A DNA stretch of 64,000 nucleotides, from contig CAZWKL010000001.1 in the NCBI GenBank assembly GCA_964633875.1, positions 53,530 through 117,529 on the forward strand. The letters run 5' to 3'. Shown here one piece after another: positions 9,849 through 22,111 of this stretch (position 1 is its first letter; every line of letters begins with the position of its first letter). A program made the position numbers and the translations under genes. A model generated the notes under the pieces. The model saw nothing but the letters and a program-made list of their open reading frames with translations. It was not told the origin of the DNA and did not search any database. Origin of the DNA: an uncultured Pseudomonadales bacterium (lineage in GTDB: Bacteria; Patescibacteriota; Microgenomatia; UBA1400; PJMF01).

Positions 9849-12800
9849 ATGAAAAATATCATTGACTTTTCAGCACTAGAAATCAGAATCGCCAACCCGG
9901 AAACGATCAAATCCTGGTCTTATGGTGAGGTAAAGAAACCGGAAACCATCAACTACCGTTCTCTCAAGGCAGAAAAGGACGGATTGTTTGATGAGAAAAT
10001 TTTTGGTCCGATCAAGGATTATGAGTGTCACTGTGGCAAATACAAAGGTATCCGTTATCGCGGTATTGTTTGTGACAAATGTGGCGTAGAGCTAACTCAG
10101 TCCCGGGTTCGCCGTGAGAGAATGGGTCATATTTCTTTGGCCGCGCCAGTGGCTCACATTTGGTATTTTAAGGGTGCGCCTTCAAAATTGTCATTACTTT
10201 TAAATATTTCGCCCAGAAACCTCAACTCCATTATCTACTTCTCCAAGTATTTGGTGCTTGATGTTGATGAAACAGCTAAAGGTCAAGTGATTGATCAACT
10301 CAATGGAGATCTCTTGGCAGCTCAAGAAGAACTGCGAGAAGTGTCTAAAGCTGAGATGCAGCAGGTGACTGATGAACTCAAAGTTGAAAAAGAAAAGCTT
10401 GATGATAAGGTCAGCAACAAAGAAACTCTACAACTCAAAAAAGAAGAAGCTGAGCTGAAAGCCAAAAACAAACTTATCGCTATTAAGCAACAGCTGGAAG
10501 TGCAGCTTGAGCAAACAGACGAGATTTACAAGGCCGTTAAACTAATGGCCAAACGCCTGGAAAAAGGCAACATTCTTTCTGAAGATGAGTACATCAAACT
10601 GATTGAGTATGATGCCATTGATCACTTGCGCGTGGGCATGGGTGCGGAAGCTGTGCTCGAAATGGTACGCGAAGCTGACCTCGACCAGTTGGTTGAGGAA
10701 CTCCGGGCAGAGATGGCTGAAACTAAAGGTGGCCGTCGCATCAAAGCCATTAAGAGACTGAGGGTGGTAGAGGGTTTGAGAAAAGCCAAAATTAAGCCTG
10801 AATGGATGTTTATGACCATTTTACCGGTTATTCCTCCTGATCTCAGACCGATGGTGCAGTTGTCTGGTGGCCGTTTTGCTACTTCTGATTTAAATGATTT
10901 GTACCGCCGGGTGATCAATCGCAACAACCGTTTGAAGCACCTGATTGATCTGGGCGCACCGGAAATTATTCTCCGCAACGAAAAACGGATGTTGCAGGAA
11001 GCGGTTGATTCTTTGATTGACAGCAGCGGAGCTAAGCAATCACGGCGCCGCACTACCAGAAGGGCGCTTAAGTCCCTTTCGGAAATGCTCAAAGGCAAGC
11101 AGGGTCGTTTCCGCCAGAACTTGTTGGGTAAGCGGGTGGACTATTCGGGTCGAAGTGTGATCGTGGTTGGTCCCGAGCTGCAACTCAATGAGTGTGGTTT
11201 GCCCAAAGACATGGCGCTTGAGATGTTCAAACCGTACGTTTTGCGTGAACTGATTGCTCAGGGCATTGCTCCAAATGTGAAGAGTGCCAGGCACTCAATC
11301 GAACGACGCGAGCCGGTGGTTTATGACATTTTAGAAAAAGTGACCAAAAACCATCCGGTTATTCTTAACCGCGCCCCCACGCTTCACAAGCTGGGTATGC
11401 AGGCATTTTTCCCGATTTTGATTGAAGGCAATGCTATTCGTTTGCACCCCTGTGTTTGTGCCGGTTATAATGCCGACTTTGACGGTGACCAGATGGCTGT
11501 TCACGTGCCTTTGACCAAAGAAGCCAGAGAGGAAGCTAAAGACTTGATGATGGCCACCCATAACCTGCTTAAGCCGGCCAACGGCGAGCCCATCACCATC
11601 CCCAACAAAGAAATGGCTATGGGTATTTACTATCACACTCGTCTGGACGAAACTTTACCCAAATACGATCACGTCTTTGCTGCCAAAGAGGAGGCGTATC
11701 ACGCTTTCCAAATTGGCCAAGTTCAGCTCAGACAGCTGATTTCGATCAGGATTAAACCTGGCAAGATCATAGAAACTACTATAGGTAGAATTCAATTTAA
11801 TGATTTACTGCCGGAAAATCTACAATTCATCAATGAGGCCGTTACCTCCAGAAGGATTAAGGAAGTGGTGACCAAAGCTATTCAAACTGAAGAGCGCGAA
11901 GTGGTGACTAAATTAATCGACGATATCAAAGACCTTGGTTTCAAGGGCGCGACCCTTTCTGGCCTTTCTGTTTCAGTGACCGACTGCGAAATGTTGCCCA
12001 ACAAGGAGGAACTCATCAAGCAGGCCAATAGAAAAGCAGAAAAAATCCAGGGTCAGTACCTTGAAGGTTACATTTCCGCAGATGAAAGAAGAAGACTTTT
12101 CTTCGAACTCTGGATTGAAACTACCGAGCAAATTGCTGAAAAAACCTGGGATCTTTACTCAAGTGATAACGCGGTGAAGGTAATGATTGAATCGGGTGGT
12201 ACCCGGGCCTCCAAAGATCAGGTGAAACAACTGGCCGCTATGCGCGGACTGGTAGTCGATCCGCTCGGAAACATTGTGGAAATGCCCACCAAGTCCAACT
12301 TCCGGGAAGGCTTAAGTATTTTTGAGTACGTTGCCTCTGCGCGTGGTTCTAGAAAAGGTTTGACTGATACAGCCATTAAAACTGCCGACGCTGGCTATCT
12401 CACTAGAAGACTCACTGATGTTTCACACGACGTCATTATTCGTCTGGAAGACTGTGGCACTACTGATGGTATCGAGATCACCGACAACACTCGCAAAGAT
12501 ATTTTCCCGACCAGAATTTCCAGCCGGGTTGCTTTAGAAGATATCAAAAAGGGCAAGAAAGTAATTGTAAAAGCAGGGGCAGTGATTACTCCGGAGCTGG
12601 CGCAAGAAATTGTGGCTGCTGGAATTAATACCGTTAAAGTCCGCTCGCCACTGACCTGTGAAGCATCTCAGGGAATGTGTGCCAAATGCTACGGCTGGGA
12701 TTTCTCTACCAGAGACAATATCGAAATTGGTGTGCCGGTAGGGATTATCGCGGCTCAGTCTATTGGTGAACCAGGCACTCAGCTCACCATGAGAACCAAA

Positions 12801-13538
12801 CACTCAGGCGGTATCGTTGGTCTTGACGTGACTCAGGGTCTGCCTCGGGTGGAAGAGTTGCTTGAGGTCCGCAATCCCAAAGCTCAGGCCGTCATTAGTG
12901 AAGTGGCCGGTAAAATTAAAATCACCGAAGAAGAAGACGAGAAAGTTATTACGATTATTCCGGTGGGTGGTACTAAAGATGACGCGGAAGAATACCGCGT
13001 TCCCGCCAACATGCAGCTCAAGGTGGAAACGAGTGACTTGGTTGGGGTGGGTGAACAACTGACCGCGGGATCGGTTAATCTTCAAGAGCTGCTGCAAGTT
13101 AAGGGTTTGCTCCTAACTCAACAGTACGTGGTCGATCAAGTCCAGGCGGTGTATGAGTCCCAGGGTATTCCGATTCACGATAAACACTTTGAAGTCATTG
13201 TACGCAAAATGAGCGACAAGGTTCAGATTGAACAGCCCGGCGACACAGAGTTCCTTACCGGCGAAGTGACTGAAAAAGCGCGCTTCATGGAAGCCAACGA
13301 CGAAGCCATGGCCGCCGGCGGTGAACCCGCTACTGCCAAAGTATTGTTCTTAGGAATTACTCGCTCGGCTCTTTTCACTACTTCATGGTTGTCGGCCGCC
13401 TCCTTCCAGCACACCAAAAATGTTTTGACCGATGCTGCGTCTCAAGGCGCGATTGATGATCTTGAGGGCTTGAAAGAAAATGTGATCATTGGCCGGTTGA
13501 TTCCCACCAGCAAAGAAAGGGCGCAAATTGAGTGGTAA
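9849..13538 (+). CDS. rpoC: DNA-directed RNA polymerase subunit beta'
   Basis: 1229 aa. Zn-finger [20 protein letters not shown], catalytic [12 protein letters not shown] motif and trigger-loop regions are present. Confidence 0.97.
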   Translation: MKNIIDFSALEIRIANPETIKSWSYGEVKKPETINYRSLKAEKDGLFDEKIFGPIKDYECHCGKYKGIRYRGIVCDKCGVELTQSRVRRERMGHISLAAPVAHIWYFKGAPSKLSLLLNISPRNLNSIIYFSKYLVLDVDETAKGQVIDQLNGDLLAAQEELREVSKAEMQQVTDELKVEKEKLDDKVSNKETLQLKKEEAELKAKNKLIAIKQQLEVQLEQTDEIYKAVKLMAKRLEKGNILSEDEYIKLIEYDAIDHLRVGMGAEAVLEMVREADLDQLVEELRAEMAETKGGRRIKAIKRLRVVEGLRKAKIKPEWMFMTILPVIPPDLRPMVQLSGGRFATSDLNDLYRRVINRNNRLKHLIDLGAPEIILRNEKRMLQEAVDSLIDSSGAKQSRRRTTRRALKSLSEMLKGKQGRFRQNLLGKRVDYSGRSVIVVGPELQLNECGLPKDMALEMFKPYVLRELIAQGIAPNVKSARHSIERREPVVYDILEKVTKNHPVILNRAPTLHKLGMQAFFPILIEGNAIRLHPCVCAGYNADFDGDQMAVHVPLTKEAREEAKDLMMATHNLLKPANGEPITIPNKEMAMGIYYHTRLDETLPKYDHVFAAKEEAYHAFQIGQVQLRQLISIRIKPGKIIETTIGRIQFNDLLPENLQFINEAVTSRRIKEVVTKAIQTEEREVVTKLIDDIKDLGFKGATLSGLSVSVTDCEMLPNKEELIKQANRKAEKIQGQYLEGYISADERRRLFFELWIETTEQIAEKTWDLYSSDNAVKVMIESGGTRASKDQVKQLAAMRGLVVDPLGNIVEMPTKSNFREGLSIFEYVASARGSRKGLTDTAIKTADAGYLTRRLTDVSHDVIIRLEDCGTTDGIEITDNTRKDIFPTRISSRVALEDIKKGKKVIVKAGAVITPELAQEIVAAGINTVKVRSPLTCEASQGMCAKCYGWDFSTRDNIEIGVPVGIIAAQSIGEPGTQLTMRTKHSGGIVGLDVTQGLPRVEELLEVRNPKAQAVISEVAGKIKITEEEDEKVITIIPVGGTKDDAEEYRVPANMQLKVETSDLVGVGEQLTAGSVNLQELLQVKGLLLTQQYVVDQVQAVYESQGIPIHDKHFEVIVRKMSDKVQIEQPGDTEFLTGEVTEKARFMEANDEAMAAGGEPATAKVLFLGITRSALFTTSWLSAASFQHTKNVLTDAASQGAIDDLEGLKENVIIGRLIPTSKERAQIEW

Positions 13539-13613
13539 GAACTTGGAGTCTATGTTACAATCATTGCTCATTGCGAACGCTCAAACAGCAGCCAGAAATT
13601 AGAAAGAAAAACA

Positions 13614-14024
13614 ATGCCGACCATTAATCAACTGATCCGTAAGGGTGGACGTAAGCAAAAGCCAGCCAAAATTAAGGCTACGGCTCTGCGTCGCAGCTTC
13701 AACTCGGATACCAACAAAGTCAGCAAGACCGTCAACCCGCAAAAGCGGGGCGTCTGTACCGTGGTCAAAACCATGACTCCCAAGAAACCGAACTCGGCCT
13801 TGCGTAAGGTTGCCAGAGTCAGGTTGTCCAATCGCATGGAAGTGACGGCCTACATTCAAGGCGAAGGTCACAGCTTGGCGGAACACAGCATTGTGTTGGT
13901 TAGAGGCGGCCGGGTTAAAGACTTGCCGGGTGTGAAGTATCACGTCATTCGCGGCAAGTATGACGCATCCGGGGTTGAAGGCAGAAAAACCAGCCGCAGT
14001 AAATACGGAGCCAAACGAGCCTAA
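13614..14024 (+). CDS. rpsL: 30S ribosomal protein S12
   Basis: [14 protein letters not shown]...[13 protein letters not shown]...[14 protein letters not shown]. Canonical S12. Confidence 0.97.
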   Translation: MPTINQLIRKGGRKQKPAKIKATALRRSFNSDTNKVSKTVNPQKRGVCTVVKTMTPKKPNSALRKVARVRLSNRMEVTAYIQGEGHSLAEHSIVLVRGGRVKDLPGVKYHVIRGKYDASGVEGRKTSRSKYGAKRA

Positions 14025-14096
14025 AAAAATTATCAAAACATAAAAAGTATTTATTAGGAGTATTGTCCGCCATAGGCGGACGAGAATGAAACTAAT

Positions 14097-14573
14097 ATGA
14101 GAACAAAAAAAGCCCCGGTTCGGGATATAAAACCAGATGTTAAGCACGATTCCAAAAGAATTGCCAAACTTATCAACTACGTGATGCAGGATGGTAAAAA
14201 AACTGTTGCTCGCAAGCAAGTTTATGCTGCTTTGGATCAAGTTGCTCAAGTCACCAAAAAAGAGCAGCTTGAGATTTTTGAAGAAGTCATTAAAACCATT
14301 ACCCCACAAATGGAAGTTCGTTCCAGGCGTGTAGGTGGCGCGGCTTATCAAGTGCCGATGCCGGTCAGATCCAGACGTGGTTTTGCTTTGGCGCTCAGGT
14401 GGTTGGTTCAGGAAGCCAACAAGCGTTCCAGCAAGGAGTATCGCACTTTTGGGGAAAAATTGGCCGCGGAAATGCTGGACGCTCTCAACAATCAGGGCGG
14501 CGCCGTAGCTAGAAAAGAGACCTCACATCGTATGGCAGAAGCCAACAAAGCCTTTGCTCATTTCCGGTGGTAG
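14097..14573 (+). CDS. rpsG: 30S ribosomal protein S7
   Basis: 158 aa with a canonical S7 core (KRIAKLINYVMQDGKK, MEVRSRRVGGAAYQVP). Str-operon position after rpsL. Confidence 0.95.
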   Translation: MRTKKAPVRDIKPDVKHDSKRIAKLINYVMQDGKKTVARKQVYAALDQVAQVTKKEQLEIFEEVIKTITPQMEVRSRRVGGAAYQVPMPVRSRRGFALALRWLVQEANKRSSKEYRTFGEKLAAEMLDALNNQGGAVARKETSHRMAEANKAFAHFRW

Positions 14574-14631
14574 GTTTGCAATTTTTGCGATACTATAAAA
14601 TTTTGTAACAATTAATGTTTAAAGAGTCAGT

Positions 14632-16767
14632 ATGGTACAAACAATTAAAACATCAGACAGAGACAAGATTCCTCTAGAGAGAATTAGGAATATTGGTATT
14701 ATTGCTCATATTGATGCCGGTAAAACCACTACTTCGGAGCGGATTCTTTTTTATACTGGCCGCACTTATAAAATGGGCGAAGTTCATGAGGGCGCTGCCA
14801 CGATGGACTGGATGGCTCAGGAGCAGGAGCGCGGTATTACCATTGTTTCTGCTGCCACTACTACTTTTTGGACGCCTCATTTTGAAACTCATCTAGAAAA
14901 AAAACCCTACCGTTTCAATATCATTGATACACCAGGACACGTTGATTTTACTGCCGAAGTTGAGCGCAGTTTACGCGTGCTTGACGGTGGCATCACGGTT
15001 TTGGATGCCAGCGAAGGGGTGCAGTCTCAATCCGAAACAGTTTGGCGCCAAGCCGACAAATATAACGTTCCGCGCATTTGCTTTGTCAACAAAATGGACA
15101 AGTTGGGAGCGGACTTTTTTGCCGTTATTCAAGATATTAAAGACAAGTTTGGAGTTAAACCAGTGCCGATGGTTTTGCCGATGGGAGCTGAGAATGAATT
15201 TGAGGGCGTCATTCAGCTTCTCGAGGAAAAAGCCTTGTTCTGGAAAGATAATGCCGTTGATACCGAGCCGGAAATTAAAGCCATTCCGGAAGAGTACCAA
15301 GAGAGAGTGGCAGAACTGAGAGCACAGGTAGTTGAGCAAATTGCTGAAACTGACGACGCGCTTTTGGAGAAATTCTTCAACGAAGAAGCCATTAGCGTGA
15401 ATGAACTCAAAGTAGCTTTACGCAAGGCCGTGATTGATTACAAACTAGTGCCGGTTTACGCGGGCTCATCTCTGAAAAACACTGGCGTCCAGCCGCTTTT
15501 AGACGCAGTGGTAGAGTACTTGCCTTCACCGGTTGATATTGACCATATCACCGGTACGATTCCCGGCAAAGAAGAAGAAATTGAACGCAAACTGGTGCCG
15601 GAAGAAAAAACCAGCGCCTTGGCTTTCAAAATCCAGACCGATCCACACGTGGGCAAGCTCACTTATGTACGTGTCTATTCTGGTATCATTCAATCGGGCA
15701 GCTATATTTACAACACTACTCGGGATACCAAAGAACGCGTCGGCCGCTTGCTCCTCATGCACGCCAACGATCGTGAAGAAATTGACTCCGCCCGCGCTGG
15801 TGAGATCGTGGCTATTGTGGGTTTGAAGAACACCAAAACTGGCGATACTCTGGCCGACGAGCAACACCCCATTGAACTAGAAGGCATTGTCTTTTCTGAT
15901 CCGGTTATTTCTTTGGCGATTGAACCCAGAACCAAGTCAGATCAAGAAAAGATGGGCTTGGCTTTGGCCAAACTAGCGGAAGAAGACCCCACTTTTACTA
16001 TCAAATCCAACCCCGAAACTGGCCAAACCATTATCGGCGGCATGGGTGAACTGCATCTGGAAATTTTGGTTGATAGAATGAAAAGAGAGTTTAGTGTGGA
16101 CGCCAACGTGGGTGCTCCTCAAGTGGCTTATCGCGAAACCATCACTCAACCCTCTCAGGGTGAAGGTAAGTACATCAAGCAATCCGGTGGCCGAGGCCAA
16201 TATGGACACGTTTTTCTCAAGATCGAACCTCAAGACCGAGGCACAGGTTATGAGTTTGTTGATGCCATTACCGGCGGAGTGGTGCCCCGCGAGTTCATCG
16301 CCCCGACCGACAAAGGCATTCAAGAATCACTGGAGCGCGGCTTCCTAGCCGGTTACCCCATGACCGATGTTAAGGTCACTCTTTATGATGGTTCATATCA
16401 TGATGTTGACTCGAGTGAAATGGCTTTTAAGATGGCTGGCTCACTGGGAATGAGAGAAGCGGTCAAGAATGCAGGTATGGTTTTGATTGAGCCGATCATG
16501 AAAGTTGAGGTCACTTCGCCTGAGGAATACATGGGTGATGTGATTGGTGACTTAGGTTCAAGGAGAGCTCAGATTCAAGGTACCAACCAGCGCGGTAACG
16601 TGGCGGTGATTATTGCCTTGGCTCCTTTGGCAGAAATGCAAGGTTATGTTACAATTCTAAGGAGCATGACTAAAGGCCGTGCTTCTTCTGTAATGCTCCC
16701 AAGTCATTACGATATTGTGCCTCAGAATATTACTAAAGCTATTATTGAGGAACAAAATAGAGCTTAA
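14632..16767 (+). CDS. fusA: Elongation factor G
   Basis: 711 aa. G-domain motifs [24 protein letters not shown] domain IV/V signatures. Confidence 0.97.
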   Translation: MVQTIKTSDRDKIPLERIRNIGIIAHIDAGKTTTSERILFYTGRTYKMGEVHEGAATMDWMAQEQERGITIVSAATTTFWTPHFETHLEKKPYRFNIIDTPGHVDFTAEVERSLRVLDGGITVLDASEGVQSQSETVWRQADKYNVPRICFVNKMDKLGADFFAVIQDIKDKFGVKPVPMVLPMGAENEFEGVIQLLEEKALFWKDNAVDTEPEIKAIPEEYQERVAELRAQVVEQIAETDDALLEKFFNEEAISVNELKVALRKAVIDYKLVPVYAGSSLKNTGVQPLLDAVVEYLPSPVDIDHITGTIPGKEEEIERKLVPEEKTSALAFKIQTDPHVGKLTYVRVYSGIIQSGSYIYNTTRDTKERVGRLLLMHANDREEIDSARAGEIVAIVGLKNTKTGDTLADEQHPIELEGIVFSDPVISLAIEPRTKSDQEKMGLALAKLAEEDPTFTIKSNPETGQTIIGGMGELHLEILVDRMKREFSVDANVGAPQVAYRETITQPSQGEGKYIKQSGGRGQYGHVFLKIEPQDRGTGYEFVDAITGGVVPREFIAPTDKGIQESLERGFLAGYPMTDVKVTLYDGSYHDVDSSEMAFKMAGSLGMREAVKNAGMVLIEPIMKVEVTSPEEYMGDVIGDLGSRRAQIQGTNQRGNVAVIIALAPLAEMQGYVTILRSMTKGRASSVMLPSHYDIVPQNITKAIIEEQNRA

Positions 16768-16902
16768 TTAGCTTGGTTTCGCAAAAAACTGCGGTGGAAG
16801 AACTTTTTTGCTTGTGCAAATTCGGTCTTCTCTTGATAAAATAGTCACTTGTATAAAGTAAGTATTGGAAAATAATACAAAGTATAAAAATTCGGAGGCC
16901 CT

Positions 16903-18099
16903 ATGGCAGACTCACAAAAATTTGTACGTGACAAAACTCACGTAAATATCGGTACCATTGGTCACGTTGACCATGGCAAGACCACCCTTACAGCAGCTAT
17001 TACCCAAACCTTGGCGGCAAAGTTGCCAAGCGAAATCAATAAGCCGTTGAATTATTTGGATATCGATAACGCTCCTGAAGAGGCAGCGCGCGGTGTGACC
17101 ATCAACATCTCACACATTGAGTATGAGACTGAAAAACGTCACTACGCTCACATTGATGCTCCTGGCCACGCTGACTACATCAAAAACATGATTACCGGTG
17201 CTGCCCAGATGGACGGGGCTATTCTCGTGGTCGCTGCTACCGATGGTCCGATGCCTCAGACTCGAGAGCACATTCTTTTGGCTAATCAAGTGAACGTGCC
17301 TAAAATCGTGGTCGCTTTGAACAAAGTCGACATGGTTGATGACGCCGAACTGCTTGACTTAGTCGAGATGGAAGTGCGCGAGCTTTTAACCAAATATGGT
17401 TTTGATGGCGATGAAACTCCGGTTCACCGGGTTAGCGCCCTGAAAGCGCTTGAAGGTGATAAAGAGGCTCAAGAGGGCATTATGGAATTAATGAACACAG
17501 TTGATTCCTATGTTCCTGATCCGGTTCGCGATCTCGACAAGCCATTCCTGATGTCAGTTGAGGATGTTTTCTCAATTAAAGGCCGCGGCACTGTGGTTAC
17601 GGGTCGTATTGATAACGGTGTGGTTAAAGTTGGCGAGGAAATCGAAATCGTTGGTTTGCGCGACTCAAGCAAAACCACCGTTACTGGTGTGGAAATGTTC
17701 CGCAAAATGCTTGATCAAGGTCAAGCAGGCGACAACGTTGGTATTCTGCTTCGCGGCGTTGGTAAAGATGACGTCGAGCGCGGTCAAGTTTTGGCCAAGC
17801 CTGGTTCCATCAAAGCTCACACTGAGTTTGAAGCCGAAGTCTATATCCTCACCAAAGAAGAAGGCGGCCGTCACAAGCCATTTTTCAGCGGTTATAGGCC
17901 ACAGTTTTACATCAGAACCACTGACGTTACCGGTGAGATCACTCTCCCTGATGGGGTAGAGATGGTTATGCCTGGTGACAATGCCAAGATGAAAGTTAAA
18001 CTCATCCAGCCGGTGGCTTTGGACGAAGGCCTGCGCTTTGCTATTCGTGAAGGTGGTCATACTATTGGCGCCGGAGCGATTACCAAGGTGGTTAAATAA
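16903..18099 (+). CDS. tuf: Elongation factor Tu
   Basis: 398 aa with [22 protein letters not shown] motifs. An intrinsic terminator follows the gene. Confidence 0.97.
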   Translation: MADSQKFVRDKTHVNIGTIGHVDHGKTTLTAAITQTLAAKLPSEINKPLNYLDIDNAPEEAARGVTINISHIEYETEKRHYAHIDAPGHADYIKNMITGAAQMDGAILVVAATDGPMPQTREHILLANQVNVPKIVVALNKVDMVDDAELLDLVEMEVRELLTKYGFDGDETPVHRVSALKALEGDKEAQEGIMELMNTVDSYVPDPVRDLDKPFLMSVEDVFSIKGRGTVVTGRIDNGVVKVGEEIEIVGLRDSSKTTVTGVEMFRKMLDQGQAGDNVGILLRGVGKDDVERGQVLAKPGSIKAHTEFEAEVYILTKEEGGRHKPFFSGYRPQFYIRTTDVTGEITLPDGVEMVMPGDNAKMKVKLIQPVALDEGLRFAIREGGHTIGAGAITKVVK

Positions 18100-18112
18100 G
18101 AGCTAGAATTTG

Positions 18113-18150
18113 GTACACCCCGCTGATTTTCAGCGGGGTGTATTTTTTCT
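18113..18150 (+). terminator. Intrinsic terminator downstream of tuf
   Basis: ACACCCCGCTGattttcAGCGGGGTGT hairpin (10-bp stem) followed by ATTTTTTCTT, 15 nt after the tuf stop. Confidence 0.6.
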
Positions 18151-18197
18151 TGATAGTGCAATAAAAACTCAATTAGGGACAAAATAAGGCCAAGGCC

Positions 18198-18226
18198 TTT
18201 ACATCTGGTAGCAGATTTAGTATAAT
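18198..18226 (+). promoter_or_regulatory. Putative sigma70-type promoter of the S10 operon (-35 TTTACA, 17-bp spacer, -10 TATAAT)
   Basis: TTTACAtctggtagcagatttagTATAAT, ~50 nt upstream of the rpsJ ATG, in a 176-bp intergenic region after the tuf terminator. Confidence 0.45.
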
Positions 18227-18275
18227 TCCCGTCTACGAGATATTGACTTAACCAGAGGAAAAAGGAACCTTAACA

Positions 18276-18599
18276 ATGGCTAATAACACGCAATCACAAA
18301 ATAAGATCCGTATTCGGCTCAAGTCATACGATCACCGGGTGATTGATGATGCTGGAAGAAAAATTTTAGAGACTGCCCTTTCTACAGGCGCTAAAGTTGT
18401 TGGTCCAGTGCCATTACCCACACACGTAAAGTGGTTTACCGTGTTGGTATCGCCACACACTGATAAAGATTCTCAGGAACATTATCAGATCAAGACACAT
18501 AAGCGAGTGATTGATATCATCAATCCAACCAATAAAACTATCGACTCGCTCATGCATCTTGAGCTACCGGCTGGTGTGTCAATTCAGATAAAAATGTAA
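18276..18599 (+). CDS. rpsJ: 30S ribosomal protein S10
   Basis: [24 protein letters not shown]... canonical S10. First gene of the S10 operon. Confidence 0.95.
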   Translation: MANNTQSQNKIRIRLKSYDHRVIDDAGRKILETALSTGAKVVGPVPLPTHVKWFTVLVSPHTDKDSQEHYQIKTHKRVIDIINPTNKTIDSLMHLELPAGVSIQIKM

Positions 18600-18746
18600 T
18601 TGATTCGCTTGCAGGCAAAAGGCTGCTGTTCAAGCCAATGATGAATAAACTTAATACACAAAAAAAAGCAATTGAATCAGCGCTGCCCGCTCGAGGTGAC
18701 ACTGAAAAAATTGCCTTGCAGGCAATAATTTTGACAGAAAATAGGT

Positions 18747-19553
18747 ATGATCAACGATATATTTGCAACCAAACTAGGAATGACCCAAGCCTGGACCAAA
18801 GATGGCAAGCGCTTGGCCGTTACCCGCTGTAAACTCAGTGATAATATAGTTATTGGTAAAGAAGTTACCGAAGTTCTCAATAAAAACACTCAAAAGCATC
18901 AAACCGTACCCTGCACCATCCTCGAAGTCGGTTACGGTAAGAAAAAACTCAAAAACATGTCAAAACCACTCAGAAACAGATTAGAAAAGAGTGGTTTTAA
19001 TTTTGGAGTCAGTCAAATTCAGGGTATCAGAATTTATGGTCCTGAAGAAAACAGCGAAACAGTCAAAGTTGGCGATATCATTAAGGCCGACTCCGTTTTA
19101 TCTGTGGGTGATATTGTCCAGGTTCAAGGTGTTACCAGCGGTAAAGGCTTTGCCGGCGGCATGAAGCGGCATGGTTTTGCTGGTGGACCGAAAACTCACG
19201 GACAGTCAGACCGCGCCAGAGCAGTTGGTTCTATTGGCGCCGGCACTAGTCCGGGCAGAGTTTGGCCTGGGCAAAAAATGCCAGGTAGAGCTGGAAACAT
19301 TACTGCTACCGTTCGAGGTTTGGTAGTAGTTCATTTAGATCAAGAACAGGGTGAAATTTGGCTGAGCGGTCCAATTCCTGGCGTGATCAACACCAACGTC
19401 AAAATTTCCAAAATGGGCAAAAGTAAAAATGTTGTTTTGGATAAAAAAGCCTCAGGCATTCAGGAGACCGAACCCAAAGAGGTAGTAACTGAAGAAACAG
19501 AGCCAAAAGAGGCGAAACCTGCTGAAAAACCATCAGCAGCGCTTGAGGAATAG
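18747..19553 (+). CDS. rplC: 50S ribosomal protein L3, with a charged C-terminal extension
   Basis: LGMTQAWTKDGKRLAVT...GKGFAGGMKRHGF signature. ~50-aa E/K/P-rich tail. Confidence 0.9.
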   Translation: MINDIFATKLGMTQAWTKDGKRLAVTRCKLSDNIVIGKEVTEVLNKNTQKHQTVPCTILEVGYGKKKLKNMSKPLRNRLEKSGFNFGVSQIQGIRIYGPEENSETVKVGDIIKADSVLSVGDIVQVQGVTSGKGFAGGMKRHGFAGGPKTHGQSDRARAVGSIGAGTSPGRVWPGQKMPGRAGNITATVRGLVVVHLDQEQGEIWLSGPIPGVINTNVKISKMGKSKNVVLDKKASGIQETEPKEVVTEETEPKEAKPAEKPSAALEE

Positions 19554-19557
19554 AAAA

Positions 19558-20307
19558 ATGAAAGTCGTAAGTATTACCAAAACCGGCACCAAAAGTTCCA
19601 TCACTGTCAGTGATGAATTATTTGCGGCGGCTGTAAACAAAGTTGTCCTTGGTCAGGCTATCAGGGTTTATCTTTCCAACCTTCGCCAGGGTACTAGTCA
19701 GGTAAAGACCAGGGGTGAAGTTGCTCGGACTAAAAGGAAATGGTACAAACAAAAAGGCACGGGCAATGCTCGCCATGGCGCCAGAAGTGCTCCAATTTTT
19801 GTGGGTGGCGGTGTGACTCACGGTCCGACCGGACTGGAAAACTGGAGTAAAAAACTTACGACTAAGTTAAAGAAAAAAGCCTTGATTAGCGCCCTGAGCG
19901 CTCAGGCAAAAAATGTTTATGTCATTGACTATATTAAAGACCTTAATGGCAAAACCAAAGAAGCGGTAACAGCGCTGTCTCCAATTTTAGAAGCAAATGA
20001 CAAGTTGTTGGTAATTTTGCCCGAGCGCAACGACTTGGTTGAGCGTGGCTTGAGAAATATTCCTCAAGTCTTGATGAGAACCGCTCATGAAGTTAATGCC
20101 CTTGATGTGGCGTTAGCCAACAAAATCGTGGCTACTAAACAATCAATTGCCGGTCTGGAAACCAGGCTTTTGGGAACCAAATCAGCCGTCAAGCCAGTGG
20201 TTAAACCTACAGCAACAGTTGCGGAAACGAAAACAGCTAAAAAAGCCAAAACCACCCAAGCAGCCAAAACTACCAAAAAAACCAAAGCCACCAAGCAAGA
20301 GAAATAA
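19558..20307 (+). CDS. rplD: 50S ribosomal protein L4, with a Lys/Thr/Ala-rich C-terminal tail
   Basis: The ORF track starts at 19543, overlapping the rplC stop. The ATG at 19558 (MKVVSITK) has a GAGGAA RBS 8 nt upstream. L4 core ([27 protein letters not shown]). Confidence 0.85.
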   Translation: MKVVSITKTGTKSSITVSDELFAAAVNKVVLGQAIRVYLSNLRQGTSQVKTRGEVARTKRKWYKQKGTGNARHGARSAPIFVGGGVTHGPTGLENWSKKLTTKLKKKALISALSAQAKNVYVIDYIKDLNGKTKEAVTALSPILEANDKLLVILPERNDLVERGLRNIPQVLMRTAHEVNALDVALANKIVATKQSIAGLETRLLGTKSAVKPVVKPTATVAETKTAKKAKTTQAAKTTKKTKATKQEK

Positions 20308-20310
20308 AAT

Positions 20311-20604
20311 ATGAACCCGTATATCATCAAAAAACCACTGATTACCGAAAAAACTGTTGAGTTAGCCAATAAGCAGAATATTTATACTTTTGCCGTTGGC
20401 ACTACTACCAATAAAAATCAGATCAAAGAGGCCATTGAGGAGCTTTACGGCGTTACAGTAGTGGCAATTAACACTGTGGTTAGGCAACCGGAAGAAAAGA
20501 AAACGGGTAAGAAAAGACTAAACACTGTTATGCCAAAGAAAAAAAAGGCTTTGGTCAAGTTAGCTGAAGGTCAAACAATAGATTTGTTTGATATATCAGA
20601 ATAA
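20311..20604 (+). CDS. rplW: 50S ribosomal protein L23
   Basis: 97 aa. MNPYIIKKPLITEKT...; position between rplD and rplB. Confidence 0.85.
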   Translation: MNPYIIKKPLITEKTVELANKQNIYTFAVGTTTNKNQIKEAIEELYGVTVVAINTVVRQPEEKKTGKKRLNTVMPKKKKALVKLAEGQTIDLFDISE

Positions 20605-20626
20605 AATGAGATAATAGAGAGATATT

Positions 20627-21460
20627 ATGTTGAAGAAAAAGAAAGCCACCAGCGCGGGAAGACGTCACCAAGTGACGGTTGACCGCTCTCAACTGCACAA
20701 AGGCAAACCTGAAAAAACTCTTTTGGTTTCAGGTCACAAAAAACGCCAGGGCAGAAATTCAAGCGGTAGGATTACCGTGCGTCATCGTGGTGGTGGAGTC
20801 AAAAAGAAGCTGAGAATAATCGACTGGAAGCGTTCAAAGAGAGACGTTCCAGCTAAGGTTGTTCGTCTGGAATATGATCCAATGCGCAGTGCAAACTTGG
20901 CTTTACTACAGTATGTTGACGGAGAAAAGGCTTATATCCTTGCTCCTCAGGGTCTTGAAGTGGGAAGTCAGGTAATAGCCGGTGACGAAGTTGAGCCCAA
21001 GCCGGGAAATGCTTTGCCATTGAAAAATATTCCTATTGGCATGCTCATTCACAACATCGAAATGAGACCGATGAAAGGGGCGCAAATTGTTAGAGGTGCG
21101 GGTACCGGAGCGATGATTCAATCCAAAGAGGGAGCGTATATTACTGTCCAGTTGCCATCCAAAGAGATGAGGTTGATTCATGAAGACTGTTTCGCTACAA
21201 TCGGCCAGGTTGGCAATCAGGATTGGAAGAACAGAAAAATCGGCAAGGCCGGCAGAAAACGCTTGATGGGTATTCGTCCAACGGTTCGTGGCGTGGCTCA
21301 GCACCCCGGGTCTCACCCGCATGGTGGTGGTGAAGGCAGATCGCCGGTGGGTATGAAGCATCCTAAGACTCCATGGGGCAAACACGCTGGAGGCAAGAAG
21401 ACTCGTAAGAAAAACCACCGTTCTGACCGTTGGATTGTACAAAATAGAAAAGGCAAATAG
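20627..21460 (+). CDS. rplB: 50S ribosomal protein L2
   Basis: 277 aa with GRNSSGRITVRHRGGG, ...HPHGGGEGRSP signatures. Confidence 0.95.
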   Translation: MLKKKKATSAGRRHQVTVDRSQLHKGKPEKTLLVSGHKKRQGRNSSGRITVRHRGGGVKKKLRIIDWKRSKRDVPAKVVRLEYDPMRSANLALLQYVDGEKAYILAPQGLEVGSQVIAGDEVEPKPGNALPLKNIPIGMLIHNIEMRPMKGAQIVRGAGTGAMIQSKEGAYITVQLPSKEMRLIHEDCFATIGQVGNQDWKNRKIGKAGRKRLMGIRPTVRGVAQHPGSHPHGGGEGRSPVGMKHPKTPWGKHAGGKKTRKKNHRSDRWIVQNRKGK

Positions 21461-21472
21461 TAAGAAGAACTT

Positions 21473-21757
21473 ATGTCACGTTCAAGTAAAAAAGGGCCAC
21501 ACATCGACGAAAAACTGCTAGCAAAAGTGATGCAGCAGAAAAATACCGGAGACAAAACTCCGATCAAAACTTGGGCACGCCAGTGCGCCATTTCACCTGA
21601 TTTTGTGGGTCATACTTTTATGGTTCATCAGGGCAAAAATTTTGTTGAGGTTTTTGTGAATGAAGCGATGGTTGGTCATAAGTTGGGGGAGTTTGCCCCA
21701 ACTCGCACTTTTAGAGGTCACGGCAAGATTGTGAAACGTGTGCTAACCAAAACTTAA
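21473..21757 (+). CDS. rpsS: 30S ribosomal protein S19
   Basis: [16 protein letters not shown]...[30 protein letters not shown]. Canonical. Confidence 0.95.
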   Translation: MSRSSKKGPHIDEKLLAKVMQQKNTGDKTPIKTWARQCAISPDFVGHTFMVHQGKNFVEVFVNEAMVGHKLGEFAPTRTFRGHGKIVKRVLTKT

Positions 21758-21764
21758 AGGATTT

Positions 21765-22109
21765 ATGTTAATTACGGCTACACAGAAAAATACCAGACAA
21801 GCTCCACGCAAAGTTCGTGAAGTGGCTAACGCTGTTAAAGGTATGGAAATTGAACGAGCGATCAGGCAATTGGCTGTCATGGATAGGCGGGCATCTACGG
21901 TAGTGCTCAAAACCTTGCGCCAAGCTGTGGCTAACGCCACCAACAATCACGGTGCCAAATTTGAAGATTTAACTCTAAAGAACATTACCGTTGATCAAGG
22001 GACAACTTACAAAAGATGGCGCGCAGTTGCCAGAGGTCAGGCTCACGGCATCGAAAAAAAGACCAGTCATGTCAAAGTAGAACTGGAAGTCAAAAAGGAT
22101 GACAAATAA
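21765..22109 (+). CDS. rplV: 50S ribosomal protein L22
   Basis: 114 aa, APRKVREVANAVKG...; conserved order S19-L22-S3. Confidence 0.9.
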   Translation: MLITATQKNTRQAPRKVREVANAVKGMEIERAIRQLAVMDRRASTVVLKTLRQAVANATNNHGAKFEDLTLKNITVDQGTTYKRWRAVARGQAHGIEKKTSHVKVELEVKKDDK

Positions 22110-22111
22110 AT

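Noticed and set aside
10622-11098. 158-aa minus-strand ORF inside rpoC, and similar antisense ORFs inside rpoB, fusA, tuf, rplB, prfB and secY (e.g. 7291..7608, 15526..15867, 17665..18060, 20906..21442, 60643..61335)
   Set aside because: They are fully embedded antisense to strongly conserved essential genes. They have low-complexity or Arg/Ser-rich composition typical of antisense frames of GC-balanced coding DNA, and no start context. Spurious.
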